From Reclinomonas americana ATCC 50394 (Eukaryota): a DNA stretch of 64,000 nucleotides. A model generated the notes under the pieces. That model made no database searches and was not told the DNA's origin. It was given only the letters and a program-made list of their open reading frames with translations. A program made the position numbers and the translations under genes. Within the stretch, counting starts at the first letter, position 1. The number at the start of each line of letters is the position of its first letter. Of this stretch, positions 23,383 to 38,486 are shown in pieces. The stretch spans positions 1-64,000 of the forward strand of contig PS015126.1 in NCBI GenBank assembly GCA_048213135.1, read 5' to 3'.

Positions 23383-26300
23383 TCACACAATGGCCGTCAC
23401 GATTTGCACCACGTCTTCGTCCTCCAGCACGTGGTTGAGGCCGACTTGCTGTGGGCGCGGATTGTGCTTGGCGCTGCGGAAAAGGTGTGAGAAGAAGGAG
23501 CAAGGAAAGTTACCGGACTTGCGCAAAGTGGTGCACACCTGATACCCTGCAGCGAGAGAAGACACATGAGAGCAGGCACGGAGCGGAAAGGGAGAGGGGT
23601 AATTCAACGACGAACCCATACGTAGGCGTACTTGAACAAGCCTCGCATCTCTCGATGAACTCCGTCACACACGTCACCGACCGTGCTGCCAGCCAACATG
23701 ACTGCGAGACACGGGGGTTACAAATTGTACACATTGATGAGGCGTTGCATTATCGCAACTGAATGGCTCTCCAAAGTCGGGTGGGTCTGCAATCGACAAA
23801 CCGATGAGGTATGATGGACAAGGGGGAAAAATAGTGGCCGCACACGCAACTGCCACGCTTCTTCGTGTACACGCGGATCAAATTGAGTCCCTCCCAGATG
23901 CGTTCCACGAGGTAGTCCAAGTTGAGGTCCCACTCGCAGCTGAGCAAATCGGGGGAAGGGGGTATTAGGGGAAGGGGGAAGGGGGGAAAGGGAGATAAAG
24001 GAAGAGAAAAGGGAGGGAGAGAGACAGTGAAAGAGAAGTGGGAGAAAGGGGGAGAAAGGGGGAGAAAGGGTGAGAAGGGGAGAAGGGGAGAAAGGGGAGA
24101 AAGGGGAGAAAGGTGGAGAGAAGGGGAATGAAAGGGGGAGACAGGGAAAGGGAGAAGAGCAAAGGAGGAGAAAAGGGGGAGAAAGGGAGAGAAAGGGAGA
24201 GAAAGGGAGAGAAAGGGGGAGAGAAAGGGGGAGAGAAAGGGAGAGTAAGAAGGGAGAGAAAGGGGGAGTGAAAGCGGAGACAGTTCTGTAACGGCTCACC
24301 TGATGACCACCGAGTTCGGCTGGCGCGCCAGCTGATCCACCTCCTCAATGGTGATCTGATCGCACTTGTTGTAGACCTGCGTGTTGCGGAAGGAGTATTG
24401 GTGACTCATTCACACTCGCATCCCTCAAGAAATGTCAATGACACGCAACATACAGGGCTGGCAGGTACTGCCGATTGCCCTCGATCACATCGATGAACTG
24501 ATCGTCGGTGGCGTCCTCGCGGAACACGACCTCGGCATTGTGGATCTCTGTCGGTCGGCAAACGTGAGGGGAAGTGGATGGGAGAGGCAGGAGCTTATTT
24601 TCGTTTCGCACGCAACTGTACAGGCCAAGAATGTCACGGCACAGCTTCTCGTTCATGTGAGTCAGCGGCACTGTCTTGCCGAACGAGATGCCACCGGCCT
24701 TCTTGATCTGTTTGTTTGTCGTTGGTGAGTGGAATGTCATGTATACAGAAGGTGTTGATGAGCGACTGTCCGCACCGTCAGCGTCACATCCGGGGGCTTA
24801 ATGTTGACACGAATGCCGCACTTGAAGAGCTCCTCCTCCAGCAACGCCTTGTGCACCGCGCCCTTGCCGGCGTCGAGCATCAGCTGTGCGAGGGTAGGAA
24901 AGGGGGGACGGGAGGAAGAGGGGAAGGGGGAAAGGGAGAGGGATAATAAGTATCACACTCCTCTTTGAAATCTTATGCGCACGTTTTTCGTGCTCTTCAG
25001 TCTTGAGTCTCTTGCACGTTTTCACGTGCGGAGGACGGGAGGAAGGAAGGATAAAGAGAGGAAGAGCGGAACAGGGAGGTGCAGCAGACAGAGGATAGAC
25101 GGAACAGAGCAACAAAATTATGCGGGCTCGGGGAAGGGCATTGGTCGAAGACTGGGAGTAGCAGAGGAAAACGGAGGGCACATGGAGAGCCGAGAAAATG
25201 AGATGCCATCTAACCTGTCGCCAAATGCGCGACTATAGGTGGGCCGTGGGGGACGAGGAAAGAAAGATGCCGACGGGGAGAGGAAGAGACGATGGCGACA
25301 GTTGAGAAGAACATGAGGGAAGGACGGAGAAGGCATTGAGCGAGAGGACGAGAGTCCATACGACGAAGAGTGACAGTGTTCGCGCCGATGAAGGAGAAGA
25401 ACACGAGGGAAGGACGGAAGGCATTGAGCGAGAGGACGAGAGATTATACGACGAAAGAGTGACTGTGTTCGCGCCGGAGAAGGAGAAGAACATGATGGAA
25501 GGACGGAGAAGGCATTGAGCAAGAGGACGAGAGTCCATACGACGAAAGAGTGACAGTGTTCGCGCCGATGAAGGAGAAGAACATGAGGGAAGGACGGAAG
25601 GCATTGAGCGAGAGGACGAGNNNNNNNNNNNNNNNNNNNNNNNNNNNNNNNNNNNNNNNNNNNNNNNNNNNNNNNNNNNNNNNNNNNNNNNNNNNNNNNN
25701 NNNNNNNNNNNNNNNNNNNNAGACCATACGAAGAAAGAGTGGCAGTGATCGCGCAGATGAACGAGAAGAACATGAGGGAAGGACGGAGAAGGCATTGAGC
25801 GAGAGGACGAGAGTCCATACGGACAGTGTTCGCGCAGATGAAGGAGGGAGGAGCAACAGGACGATGAAGACACATAGGGAGGCTACAGAGTCTTCCTCAC
25901 TTTGCCATCCACTCACCAACACGAGATCAGCGGTACGTGCCGTGGCAATCACTTGGCGACCGCGACCCTTGCCTGCAAACACATCGAACTGAGAATGAAA
26001 TAGAGACAGATGCACATTGCAAACAGTGCTCACCTTCCGCAGCTCCTTCGACGATACCCGGCAGATCGAGGAGCTGGATTTCGGCGCCGTTGTGCTTGAT
26101 GTTGCCAGGGACGGCGGTGAGCGTGGTGAACTGATAAGGGGAAAGGATGAGGGACGAGGCTGAATGGGGAGAAGATAATGGGCATGGGGGTAGACCTCGT
26201 ACGCGGCCGTCGCGGATTCCGTGTCGGTGATCTTGCACAGCAGGGTGGACTGCGCGGGGGAGGGAGGGGGGGAGGGAGCAGAGTGAGGAAAACTGACGAG

Positions 26301-26583
26301 ACAATGGAGGGCCAAGCAGCGGCTTGAGAGCGAGAGAGTGCACAGGAGGCAGAACGCTCCCATCATCATTATCTGAGAAACCTCACCTTACCCACACTGG
26401 GGAAACCGACCATGGCCACACGCGCAGATCCACGCTTCTTGGTGTCAAAACCCTCACCTCCCTGACAAAAGCAAAACACAAGCAATCAGTGAAGGAAAAT
26501 GTGCCCTCTCTCTCTCTCTCAAGAAGCAGCTCTCTCTTTGCCTCTCACAGACTAGCACCCTGTCTGCCACACAGACTCTCTCA

Positions 26584-26627
<44 letters not shown>

Positions 26628-26680
26628 CTCTGTGCACTCACTCTTACACATTCTCTCTCTCTCTCACTGTCACACATTCG

Positions 26681-26714
<34 letters not shown>

Positions 26715-27200
26715 CACACACACACTCAGTCTCTCACTGTCACACATTCGCACACACACATACACACACATTCTCTCCCTCTCCCTCCCTNNNNNNNNNN
26801 NNNNNNNNNNCTCTCTCCTCCTCCTCCCTCCTCTCTCTCTCTCTCTCCTCCTCCCTCCTCCTCCTCTCTCTCTCTCTCTCTCTCTGCTCTCTCCCTGCTC
26901 TTCCCCCTTTGCAACTCACCTTTCCTGAGCCCTTCTCACCCTCCAACAACTGCGAGCGCAACTGCGCAAGTCGCGCCTTCAACAAGCCCAAGTGATACTG
27001 ACAAAAAAACACACAAGAGTGAGTGAGAGACACAAGCAAGAAAGAGAGACTGAGAAAAGCACCTCAGTTCGCTTGTTCTTTTGCGTCTTGGCATACTCCT
27101 CCTCAATCTGCGCATGTTGTCACTCAGCAAACACACACACAACACACACACACTCTCTCTCCACACACTCAACATCCTTGATGCGCTCGAGAATACCCAT
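23383..27200 (-). CDS. DRG2: Developmentally regulated GTP-binding protein (DRG2-like, OBG family), 16 exons
   Basis: Spliced: [43 protein letters not shown]...[10 protein letters not shown]...YEFTTLT...[24 protein letters not shown]...YKIHNAEV...LYVYNKCD...YTKKRG...FKYAYVWGISAKH...[21 protein letters not shown]1 vs DRG2 assignment less certain. Confidence 0.93.
25304..25850. repeat. Intronic minisatellite in DRG (GAAGAACATGAGGGAAGGACGGAGAAGGCATTGAGCGAGAGGACGAGAGTCCATACGACG... units)
   Basis: At least 5 similar ~90-bp units, gap inside. Confidence 0.8.
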
Positions 27201-27260
27201 TTTTGCTTGTGTGGCCTTGTGTCAAACAACAACAGAAATTCAAAATATTTACACTGTCTC

Positions 27261-29150
<1,890 letters not shown>

Positions 29151-29559
29151 GTGGATTGATGGAGAGCAAAGGGCGAGAGGGAGAGAGAGAGAGATGCGCA
29201 CAAGAGACACTACTGATGCGATGCGCGAAAGTGACAAGGACGAGTGTGTGGAACGAAACCCGCGTGCGCGCGCACCCTCTTGGCGAATTTGATGACAAGA
29301 AACACACACACACACTCGCTGTGAGAAGGAGAGTGGTGGGTAGAGAGAGAGGGAGAGAGAGAGGGAGAAGAAGTGTGCGAGAAAAGAGACACACGATGCG
29401 TTCGTATGTGCGTTTGGTCAAAAAAAGATGTGCATGTTAGCTGATTGGAATGGACGGTGGAATCGAAAAGGGGTAAGGAAAGCGGCGTGAGGTCGGCGGG
29501 CGTGTTTGGTGTGCATATGCGTGATGGTGCTAATGTCCCCTCACTCGATATGAGGCGCT

Positions 29560-30060
29560 GGGCGAGTGCAGTGTTGTGTAACAGGGAATGGCGGGAGAAG
29601 TGCTCGCTCTGTCCAGGTCCGAGAGGGAGAAGGCTGTTGAGGTTTCTCTGTGTGCGTGCATGTGCATGGCTTGTTTCTCCGTCATTATGAACCGTGTGGA
29701 CGCCGGTGAGTGTGCGCAGTGTTGTGTAACTGGAAGTGGCGGGAAAGGTGCTCGCTCTGTCCGGGTCTGGGAAGGAGAAGGCTGTTGAGGTTCTCTGCGT
29801 GCGAGCATGTGCCTGTCTCACTGCTCTCTCACTTTGCGCTGTGTGAATGCCGGCGAGTGAACCGCAGCGTTGTGTAGCTGGAAGTGGCGGGAACGTGCTC
29901 GCTCTGTCCGGGTCTGGGAAGGGAAGCTGAGTGAGTGTTTCTCTGCAAGTGTACATGTGCCTGTCTCACTGCTCTCTCGTTTTGCGCTGTGTAGATGCCG
30001 GCGAGTGAACCGCAGTGTTGTGTAGCTGGAAGTGGCGGGAGAAGTGCTCGCTCTGTCCCT
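29560..30060. repeat. Tandem repeat (~4 units of ~120-175 bp) between the divergent IPK and Rab18 genes
   Basis: Recurring CGCAGTGTTGTGTAgCTGGAAGTGGCGGGAgAaGTGCTCGCTCTGTCC. Confidence 0.8.
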
Positions 30061-30278
30061 CTAATCCTCAATCAACAAAACGTGCGTGAGTGAAGTGTGC
30101 CTCTGTCTCTCTCTTTCTGTGCGTGCTTGGGTCTCGTGTGTAGCGAGATCTTTCAGTGAACGGGCGCGCGTTTGAGAGACACGTGTCTTTGTGTGTCTGA
30201 GTGACATCGCGCGTCTGACGTTTTCTCTCTCCCTTTGTGTGCTTTCTGTGTTGACAGGTTGTTTTGTGTTTGTCTTCC

Positions 30279-33200
30279 ATGAGCGACTACGATTACATTT
30301 TCAAGGTGAGCAGCGCGGGAGGGAGAGTGAGGGAAGGAGTGACAAGGGAAACAGCTATTTTTTCTCTCTTTCGCTGTCACGTGTCGGTGCTGACAAGGAA
30401 CGAACTGAGAGGGAGAGAAGAAGGGAAAGGGAGTGGAGGGGAGTTGATCACGACTCTTCTCAGTCTCATTCACACTCATTTCACTCTCGTGCTCTGTGAC
30501 GAATCACGCTCTCCCACACACACGAGCACACGCGTTCTCCCTGGCTCCCTCTACTCTCTGTCCCCCTCCTCTCGCTCTTTTGCACTGTCACAATCCGAGC
30601 AAAGATCGCGCTCCTCGTTTCCTCCTTCCTTTCATCTCATCTCCCTCTTTGTCGGCACGCAAACGCACACGCTCTCGTTTCTCCTTCCTCTCCTCTCATC
30701 TCCGTCTTTGTCGGTCTCAAACACAACGCAGATCACACAAACGCACAGGCTCACGTTCCTCCCTCCTCTCCTCTCATCTCCTTTTTGCCCTTACACAAAC
30801 ACAACACAGATCGCACTCCCACAAACTTCTCCCTGACTGCCTCTACTCACCTCTCCTCTTCTCCTTTGCTCTGACACAATACACAGCGCAAACCAGACGT
30901 TCTCTGCGTCGTGATGTCTTGTGTTTCCTTCTCCTCTCCTCTTGCTATCGCCTTTGCACTGCTCAATCACAACACAGATCACGCTCCCGAGGATATAAGC
31001 ACGCACTCTCTCCCCTCTCTTCCTCTTTCCCTCTCATCACTCTCCTCTTGTCTCTTCTCATCTCTCCTTTGCTCTGTCGCAAGCACAACGCGCATCACGC
31101 TCCTCCTGATGCAAGCACGTACCGCTCCCTCTTTTCCCTCTTTGCCTGTTCTCGCATCTCTCTTTTGCTGTACGAATCACGCTCCCGCAGACGCATGCAC
31201 ACACGCTCTCCCTGGCTCCCTCTACTCTGTTCCCCACCCGCTTCTCCTTTGCCCTATCGCAAACACAACGCAGATCACAGGCGCTGGTCGGTGGCGTTCT
31301 TCCTCTCTTTCTCTCTCTCACTTTCTCTTGATGCACTGCTCATGGACACTATGCCGTTCTTTGTTTCAACGCTTCTATATCCCTCTTCCTCTTGCGTTCT
31401 CTATCATCATCAACTGTCCCTCTCTCTCTCACTGCAGCAGCTCGCTGTTCTTCTCTCCCTCCCTTCTCTCTCTCGCCGCTCCTCATCCTTGTTTTTTTGT
31501 GCGTGCATAGATCCTGCTGGTGGGCGACGCGTCGGTCGGCAAGTCCTCGATTCTCCTGCGCTTCACCGACGACACCTTCGATGAGGAAATCGGCAGCACA
31601 ATTGGTAAGTGCTGGTGATGGAGAAGGAATGGGCGAAAGAGAGGATGGAGAGGGGGGGCGAGAACAAGCAAGAGGAATAGAAATATGCGAGTGGGATTTG
31701 TGACAAAGATCGCGCGAGTGTTTGCGGCTGGGCGAAGTGGGAGAGAGAGAGAGGCAGATATGGAGTGAGTGAGTGAGAGAGAGAGCGTTGAGAATGAGAG
31801 AGAACGAGAGACTGAGCGAGACTGAGCGAGACTGAGCGAGACTGAGCGAGACTGAGAGAGAAATGATAGATGCACAGAGTGAGATGGAGTTCCCTTCCTC
31901 TCCGCCATTCTCAACTCACTCTGTCTGTGCCCTACCACTGCCAGGTGTCGACTTCAAGAAGAAGATCGTCTCGATGAACCGCCAGCGTATTTTGTGCACC
32001 ATCTGGGACACGGCTGGTGCGTTTCGATCACTGTTCGTGTGCTGGACACGCACACTTGCATTCACGACTGCAATGGCACACACGCACACACGCACACGCA
32101 CACACACACACACACACACTCACTCACTCACACTCAAGTACACCCACACCCACAATAATACGCACACGCACACGCACGCGCACTTGCACAGCACACGTAG
32201 AACATGCAGTTAAGCATCCTCACTGTTGCACAAACTCACGCTTGCATAGACTCTCACTCTCTTTCACACACATACGCGCCCTTTCACCTGCACTCTCTCT
32301 CTCTCTCACGGGTTACTCGTCAACAGTGATACGTGCTCATGCACACCCGCACTCACACTCACACACGGGTACGTTTTCTCATTCACTGTTCTCATCGCAG
32401 GCCAGGAACGATTCCGCACGCTCACATCCGGTTACTACCGTAACGCCAAGGGAGTGGTACTGGTGTACGATGCCTCGAGCAGGAAGACGTTTGAGTCGGT
32501 GCAAATGGTGAGTTGCTGGTGCCGAATCACGTGCAAACAACGAGGGGACGCGGAAAGAAGGGAGGATGTGTGAGGGGAAGAGGAGGGAGGGGAAGAGGAG
32601 AGAGGAGAAGAGGAGAGAGGGGAAGAGGAGAGGGGAAAACGAGAGAGGGGAAGAGGAGTCACTCTCACTCTTTTCTCTCTCTCTCTCTCTCTCACACCCC
32701 CCAGCTTGCACATTGGCAAATTCGCTCACTTTCTCATCCACTCACTCGTTCTTCAACAAGTGCTTTCTCTCTCTGTGCCCACGCCTTACTTTCACACCAC
32801 CTTCTACGTATTCACTCACTGTTTCTCCCACTCGATCATTGTACGACCGACGTCCTCACTTGCATTCTGTCTCTGTTTCTCTCTTGTCTTGCACGCTTGC
32901 ACGTCCGTGTATTCGCTCGCTTTGTACTTGCTCATTCGTCGACCAGTGCCTTCTCTCTCTGTGCCTATCTCTCCCTCGCCTTATTTTCACACCACCTTCC
33001 ACGCATGTGCGCCTGTATTCAGTCACTGTATCCCCCTCGCTCATTATTGACAGACGACTTCTCTTCGTGCGCCTTCTCTCTCTGATTTCTCTCTTTCTCT
33101 CTCTTCTCTCTCTCACCCAGCTTGTACGTTCGCGCATTCGCTCACTTTCACGTCCACTCTCTCGTTCTTCGACAATCGCCTTCTCTCCTGTGCTCTCTCT

Positions 33201-34525
33201 CTTTCACTTGTTCATTTGCTTGTTTACTTTCACCCACTTGCTCGTTCGTGGACACACACGCCTCTCACTCTTTTGCTCACGATTCCCCCCTTTTGCGACG
33301 CAGTGGCTGGAGGAGGTCGACAACTACTCCACACACCAAGTGGTCAAGCTGCTGGTGGCCAACAAGATCGACCTGGAGAGCCAGCGACAGGTGTCGAGAG
33401 AAGAGGGTGCCAAGTTTGCGCGTCAGAATGGCATGCTCTTTATCGAGTGCAGTGCCAAGACGCGGGAGGGTGTCAGCGAGGCGTTTGAGGAGTTGATTCA
33501 CAAGGTGAGTTGAGAAAGGGAAGGGGGGAACAAAGGGAAGGGAGGAGGGAAGAGGGGAGGGAGGGGAGAGAGGGAGGGGAAGGGAAGAGATGCAATGAGA
33601 GCCGAGAATAGGGAGAGAGAGGAGGAGGAGATGTAAATAGAGGGCCACACTACTTAGTGGGAGACACACGAGAGGATTGAGGAATCCTCGTTGAGAAACG
33701 GCAGAGAGGTGGAAGAGATGCAAACAGAGAGCCACACTGCTTTGTGAGAGACACACGAGAGTAGTGATGAATGCACATCGAGGAAGACAGCGAGGTGGAC
33801 GTAACTGCATAAGAGATAAAAATGTCCTGCGAGGAGACCTTGGGCAGAGCGGAAGAAACGGCACTGTAGACGAGTGTCAGAGATAACACAACGAGGGAGA
33901 CATAGAGGGTCGATGAGCGCACGGCGGGAGCGACAGTGAATGGACGACGAGAGAGGCGTGCAGGGGAAATGACTGCATGCCGAGAGAGACGGGTTGGACA
34001 TAATTGCGAAAGAGAGGAAGGTGAATGGACAACGAGGGTGGTATGAGGAGAGATGATTGCATGTCGAGAGAAAGGCGATGATAGATGATCGCATGTCAAG
34101 GGCGACAGAGAAGAAGATGAATGGACGACCAGAGAGGCGTGAAAGGAGATGACTGTATGCCGAGAAGATATAGTTGAGAGAGAGAGAGAGAGAGAGAGGA
34201 AGGTGAATGGACGACGAGGTAGACATGAGGGGACGTGACTGCATGTCGAGAGAGATATTGAAGAGAGATGAACGGTGAATAGATATGTTTGAACAACCGA
34301 TGCACCCTGGGAGGAGAGTTGAATGCATGAACAGTGACTGCGAGAGAGAAGAGCATGAAATATCGAATGCGGCGCTGAGAAGACAGGGAGCCTGCGACTC
34401 ACAGACAGGTCTGCTTCTGACCGCCCCGCGCGCAGATTCTGGACACACCCGCTCTTCTGGAGAACGCAGCGCCGATTACGATATCACAACCGGCCGACGA
34501 GAGCAAGGGCGGACGGTGCTGCTGA
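30279..34525 (+). CDS. RAB18: Rab18-like small GTPase, 6 exons
   Basis: [45 protein letters not shown]...[19 protein letters not shown]...|WLEEV...ANKID...[31 protein letters not shown]...[14 protein letters not shown] and KIL.TP.L are Rab18-typical; CC prenylation end. Confidence 0.9.
33640..34360. repeat. Degenerate intronic repeat in Rab18 last intron (GTGAATGGACGACGAG...ATGACTGCATGtCGAGAGA units)
   Basis: Five or more imperfect ~80-bp units. Confidence 0.6.
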
Positions 34526-34662
34526 GCGCCGACCACGTGCGCGCGCACGTGTATGTATGTAGAAGGAAGTAAGAGCATGCTTGTTAGTGGAGGCAGAAAA
34601 GGGGCAGTGGAGGCGTGTACATTGAAATTGGTTGGTCCTCTCTGGTGTCCTCTGTGATTGAA

Positions 34663-34966
34663 ATGCTTCTCCAAGTGCTCTCACACACTGGCACCTATCG
34701 CCTGGTGCTGCTGGAGGACCGAGCATCGACACATCGCTTCACTCCACTCCTGCTTCGTCGCATTGTGCAGGCACATGAGTTGAGAGAATGAGAGAGAATG
34801 AGAGAGAAATGTGACTGTCTGTGCTCCTCCCTCACTCACGCTCACTCGCAGGTCCACGTGTGTGGTGGCCATGGACTCGCCTCCATCGCATTATCCTCGC
34901 ATGCTGAGGTGAGTGGAGAGGGAGAGAGAGAGAGAGATAGGAGAGAGAGGATGAGAGAGAGAGAGA

Positions 34967-35027
<61 letters not shown>

Positions 35028-36997
35028 CGACGAGAGAGGAGAGGAGGAGAGNNNNNNNNNNNNNNNNNNNNNNNNNNNNNNNNNNNNNNNNNNNNNNNNN
35101 NNNNNNNNNNNNNNNNNNNGGACCGACGAGACGAGGGAGGAGGAGGAGGAGAGAGAGGGGAGAGAGGAGAGAGAGGAAGCGCTGGAGCGGACTGCTGAAC
35201 TCTTCCTTCCCTCTCTTCTCTTGCACTCTATCCTTTCTCCCTCCCTCCCTCCCTCACCCTTCCTCTTTCTCACTCTCTCCTTTCCTCCTCTCATCTCTCC
35301 ATCACCTGTCTTTCTCGCCCTTCTCTCACTCCCCGCTTCTCCCAGCAGCCTCTCTCCCTTCGCTTCTCCCCCTTCCCCTTCTTCCGTCCTCGCTTCCTTC
35401 TCTTCTCTCCCGTCTCTCCCTCTCCTTCCTCCCTCTTCTCTCCCCCCTTCTCCCTCCTGCCTCCCTTCCTTTCCCCTCCTTTCTCACCCTCTCCTTGTGC
35501 TTCCTACCAGATCCCCACCCCACTTGTCCGTGATTGACGGCTTCTCGGACCCACTGCACTGGAAGGGATCGAGCGGAGTGCACTTGTCGTCGCAGGCGGG
35601 ACTGGGAGAGCTGTGCGCGCAGATCGAGGCCACGGGAGCGCACTGTTGCGTTCAGGAGCAGCGGAGGTCTCCCTTTCTCGTCGCACTCACGTTCTTTCGC
35701 TCGCCCGCCAGGCGTCGTGCTGGACTCGCTCAACGCCCTCTTGCGACTCCACTCGTGGACACAAGTGCTCCGCTTCCTGCGACGAGTCACCGACAGTGCG
35801 CGAGGTCTGCGGGCCTTGTACACCGCCGTCTCTTCTCCTCCGCTCACTTGCCTATTCTTCGCAGATCCACTGGCGGTGATCTGCATTGTGCACGTGGACC
35901 TGTTGCCGGGCGGCAGTGAGATTGACTTGGACGACTCGGAGGTGGTGGCAGAGGCGTCGCTCGCACGCGACTACAATGCGTTGCAGATGTATGCGCGGGC
36001 GCGCATCAGTGTCGAACCGGTGGTGGCGCAGCCGTATGCCGCGGACATTCGCATTTTGGGTGAGTGGGGGAAGAGAATGACCACATCGCTGTGTCTTGCT
36101 GATCCTCGTGACGCCTCCCGTTGCTGTCTCGTTTCTGTGTCACCCCCTTGCTTTTCTCAGTCTCGATATCTCCAGTTTTCCGTTTTCTCTCGTTTCCAGT
36201 CGTCTCTCTCCCTTTGCCTCACTCCCGCGCACTTTTCCCTTCTCCCCACTCACACCAGGCGGCTTCATGTCCGTTCCCGTGTCCTCGCTGCACGGAGAGG
36301 CCGCCGAGATGTACCTGGCTGAGAAGCGAAACAAGCAGCGAGTGGTTATTGCCGGTCGTGCCGACGTCAAGTGCACGTGCAGGGCGCGACGCTCCAACGC
36401 CAAGCTGCAGACATCGGTGCGTGTCGGTGCAGATCCAGTCGGTTTCTCTCTCGTCACTTCTCGTCTCGTGCAAACCTATCATCTGACGCTCATGCATCTG
36501 TCTCACTCCCCCGTTTTTATCCTCATTTGCTTCGCGCTTTCTCCGCGTCATCGTTGTCTCCAACGACACACACGTGTCGTGAATCTCACGCTCGCACTTC
36601 TCATTCGATTTCTGTATTTCCTGCACCTCCCCTCCTCTCACCGTCTTCTCTCTCGTCGCCCCGTCCATTTGTTGCTCGTTTCCTCTCTGTCCTCTCTATC
36701 TCCCCCTTCCCTCTCTGTCCCTCCCTTCTCTGCCTGACCTCTCATCTCAGGCTCGTTACGGTCCATCGTCTGCCTCCGACAAGTTCTCTGTCTGTCATCC
36801 TTTTCGTTTGCACTTCAGCTGCATGCTCTCTCCGCGTCATCTTTGTCTCTAACAACTGCAAATGTCGTTCATCCCTTTCCGTTGTCACGCTAGCACTTCT
36901 CGTTCATGTTCTTGTTTCTTGCATCTCCAATAGCTCCCCCTCCCTCTTTCGCCCCTTTCCTCTCTCTCTCTCTCTCTACTTTCTCTCTCTCTCTCTC

Positions 36998-37039
<42 letters not shown>

Positions 37040-37751
37040 CGTCGTCTCTACTCTCTCGTCTACTCGTCGTACGTCGNNNNNNNNNNNNNNNNNNNNNNNN
37101 NNNNNNNNNNNNNNNNNNNNNNNNNNNNNNNNNNNNNNNNNNNNNNNNNNNNNNNNNNNNNNNNNNNNNNNNNNNNNNNNNNNNNNNNNNNNNNNNNNNN
37201 NNNNNNNNNNNNNNNNNNNNNNNNNNNNNNNNNNNNNNNNNNNNNNNNNNNNNNNNNNNNNNNNNNNNNNNNNNNNNNNNNNNNNNNNNNNNNNNNNNNN
37301 NNNNNNNNNNNNNNNNNNNNNNNNNNNNNNNNNNNNNNNNNNNNNNNNNNNNNNNNNNNNNNNNNNNNNNNNNNNNNNNNNNNNNNNNNNNNNNNNNNNN
37401 NNNNNNNNNNNNNNNNNNNNNNNNNNNNNNNNNNNNNNNNNNNNNNNNNNNNNNNNNNNNNNNNNNNNNNNNNNNNNNNNNNNNNNNNNNNNNNNNNNNN
37501 NNNNNNNNNNNNNNNNNNNNNNNNNNNNNNNNNNNNNNNNNNNNNNNNNNNNNNNNNNNNNNNNNNNNNNNNNNNNNNNNNNNNNNNNNNNNNNNNNNNN
37601 NNNNNNNNNNNNNNNNNNNNNNNNNNNNNNNNNNNNNNNNNNNNNGTTTCCGTTCCGTCCGTACGTACGTACGTACCTTCCTTCCGTTCGTTACTTACGT
37701 TTCGTTTCGTTTCGTTTCGTCTCTCTACCTACTACTCCCTCCTCCTCTCTC

Positions 37752-37799
<48 letters not shown>

Positions 37800-38407
37800 T
37801 ACTTACAGACCTGCAAACGTGCTCGCACTCCCTCTCTCCCGTTTTCTCTCTCGTTGTTCCTGTCTCTCCCTCGTTCATGTGTTCCTCTCTTTGCCCTCTC
37901 TGTCTCCCCCCTCCCTTTCTTTCCTTCCCTTCTCTTCCCTTCCCTTCCCTTCCCCCTTCCCTCTCATCGCTTTCTTCCTTTGCAGGAGGAATGGTTCGTG
38001 GCCACCGACGACGACGACTCACTCCTCCCGCTGCCGGTTGAGGACTACGACGCAGTGCGTCGACGCGCCGAGCAAGCCAACGTTACGTCTTCTTCCTCCC
38101 TCCCTTGCTCTCCCCTTTACTCCTCCTTGCTCACCCATGGGTGCAGGCCACGGATCCCACCGAGGTCGCCTCATTCAACTTGAAGTTGTCCGACGCGGAG
38201 CGCGAGGCCAAGGATGCAGTGCGGTTACCGTACACCAAGCAAGCGGCGACTGCTGCTGCTGCCGGCGAGCCGGCAGGACTGCCGACCACGGTGCAAATCA
38301 GGGGAGGCAACAGCAGCAGCGGCAGCGCAACTGCATCTGGCACGATTTTTGTGGACCACGACGAGATCTTTGACGACGACGACCCCGACTTTGATCTCGA
38401 TCTCTGA
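34663..38407 (+). CDS. ELP5: Elongator complex subunit 5 (Elp5/Iki1)-like
   Basis: Spliced motifs IDGFSDPLHW, VVLDSLNALL, IVHVDL, SFNLKLSDAEREAKDAVRLPY and C-terminal DDDDPDFDLDL*; a gap in one intron could hide an exon. Confidence 0.82.
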
Positions 38408-38486
38408 ATGAACGAGATAGTAAACGAATTTACTCGCTAATAACAAACAAACTTGCATGAAAACACAATCCCTCTCCTCTCTCTGT

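Noticed and set aside
29560-30060. Repeat-spacer appearance reminiscent of CRISPR (also 22241-23326, 25304-25850)
   Set aside because: Eukaryotic context, long degenerate units, spacers related to each other, no cas genes
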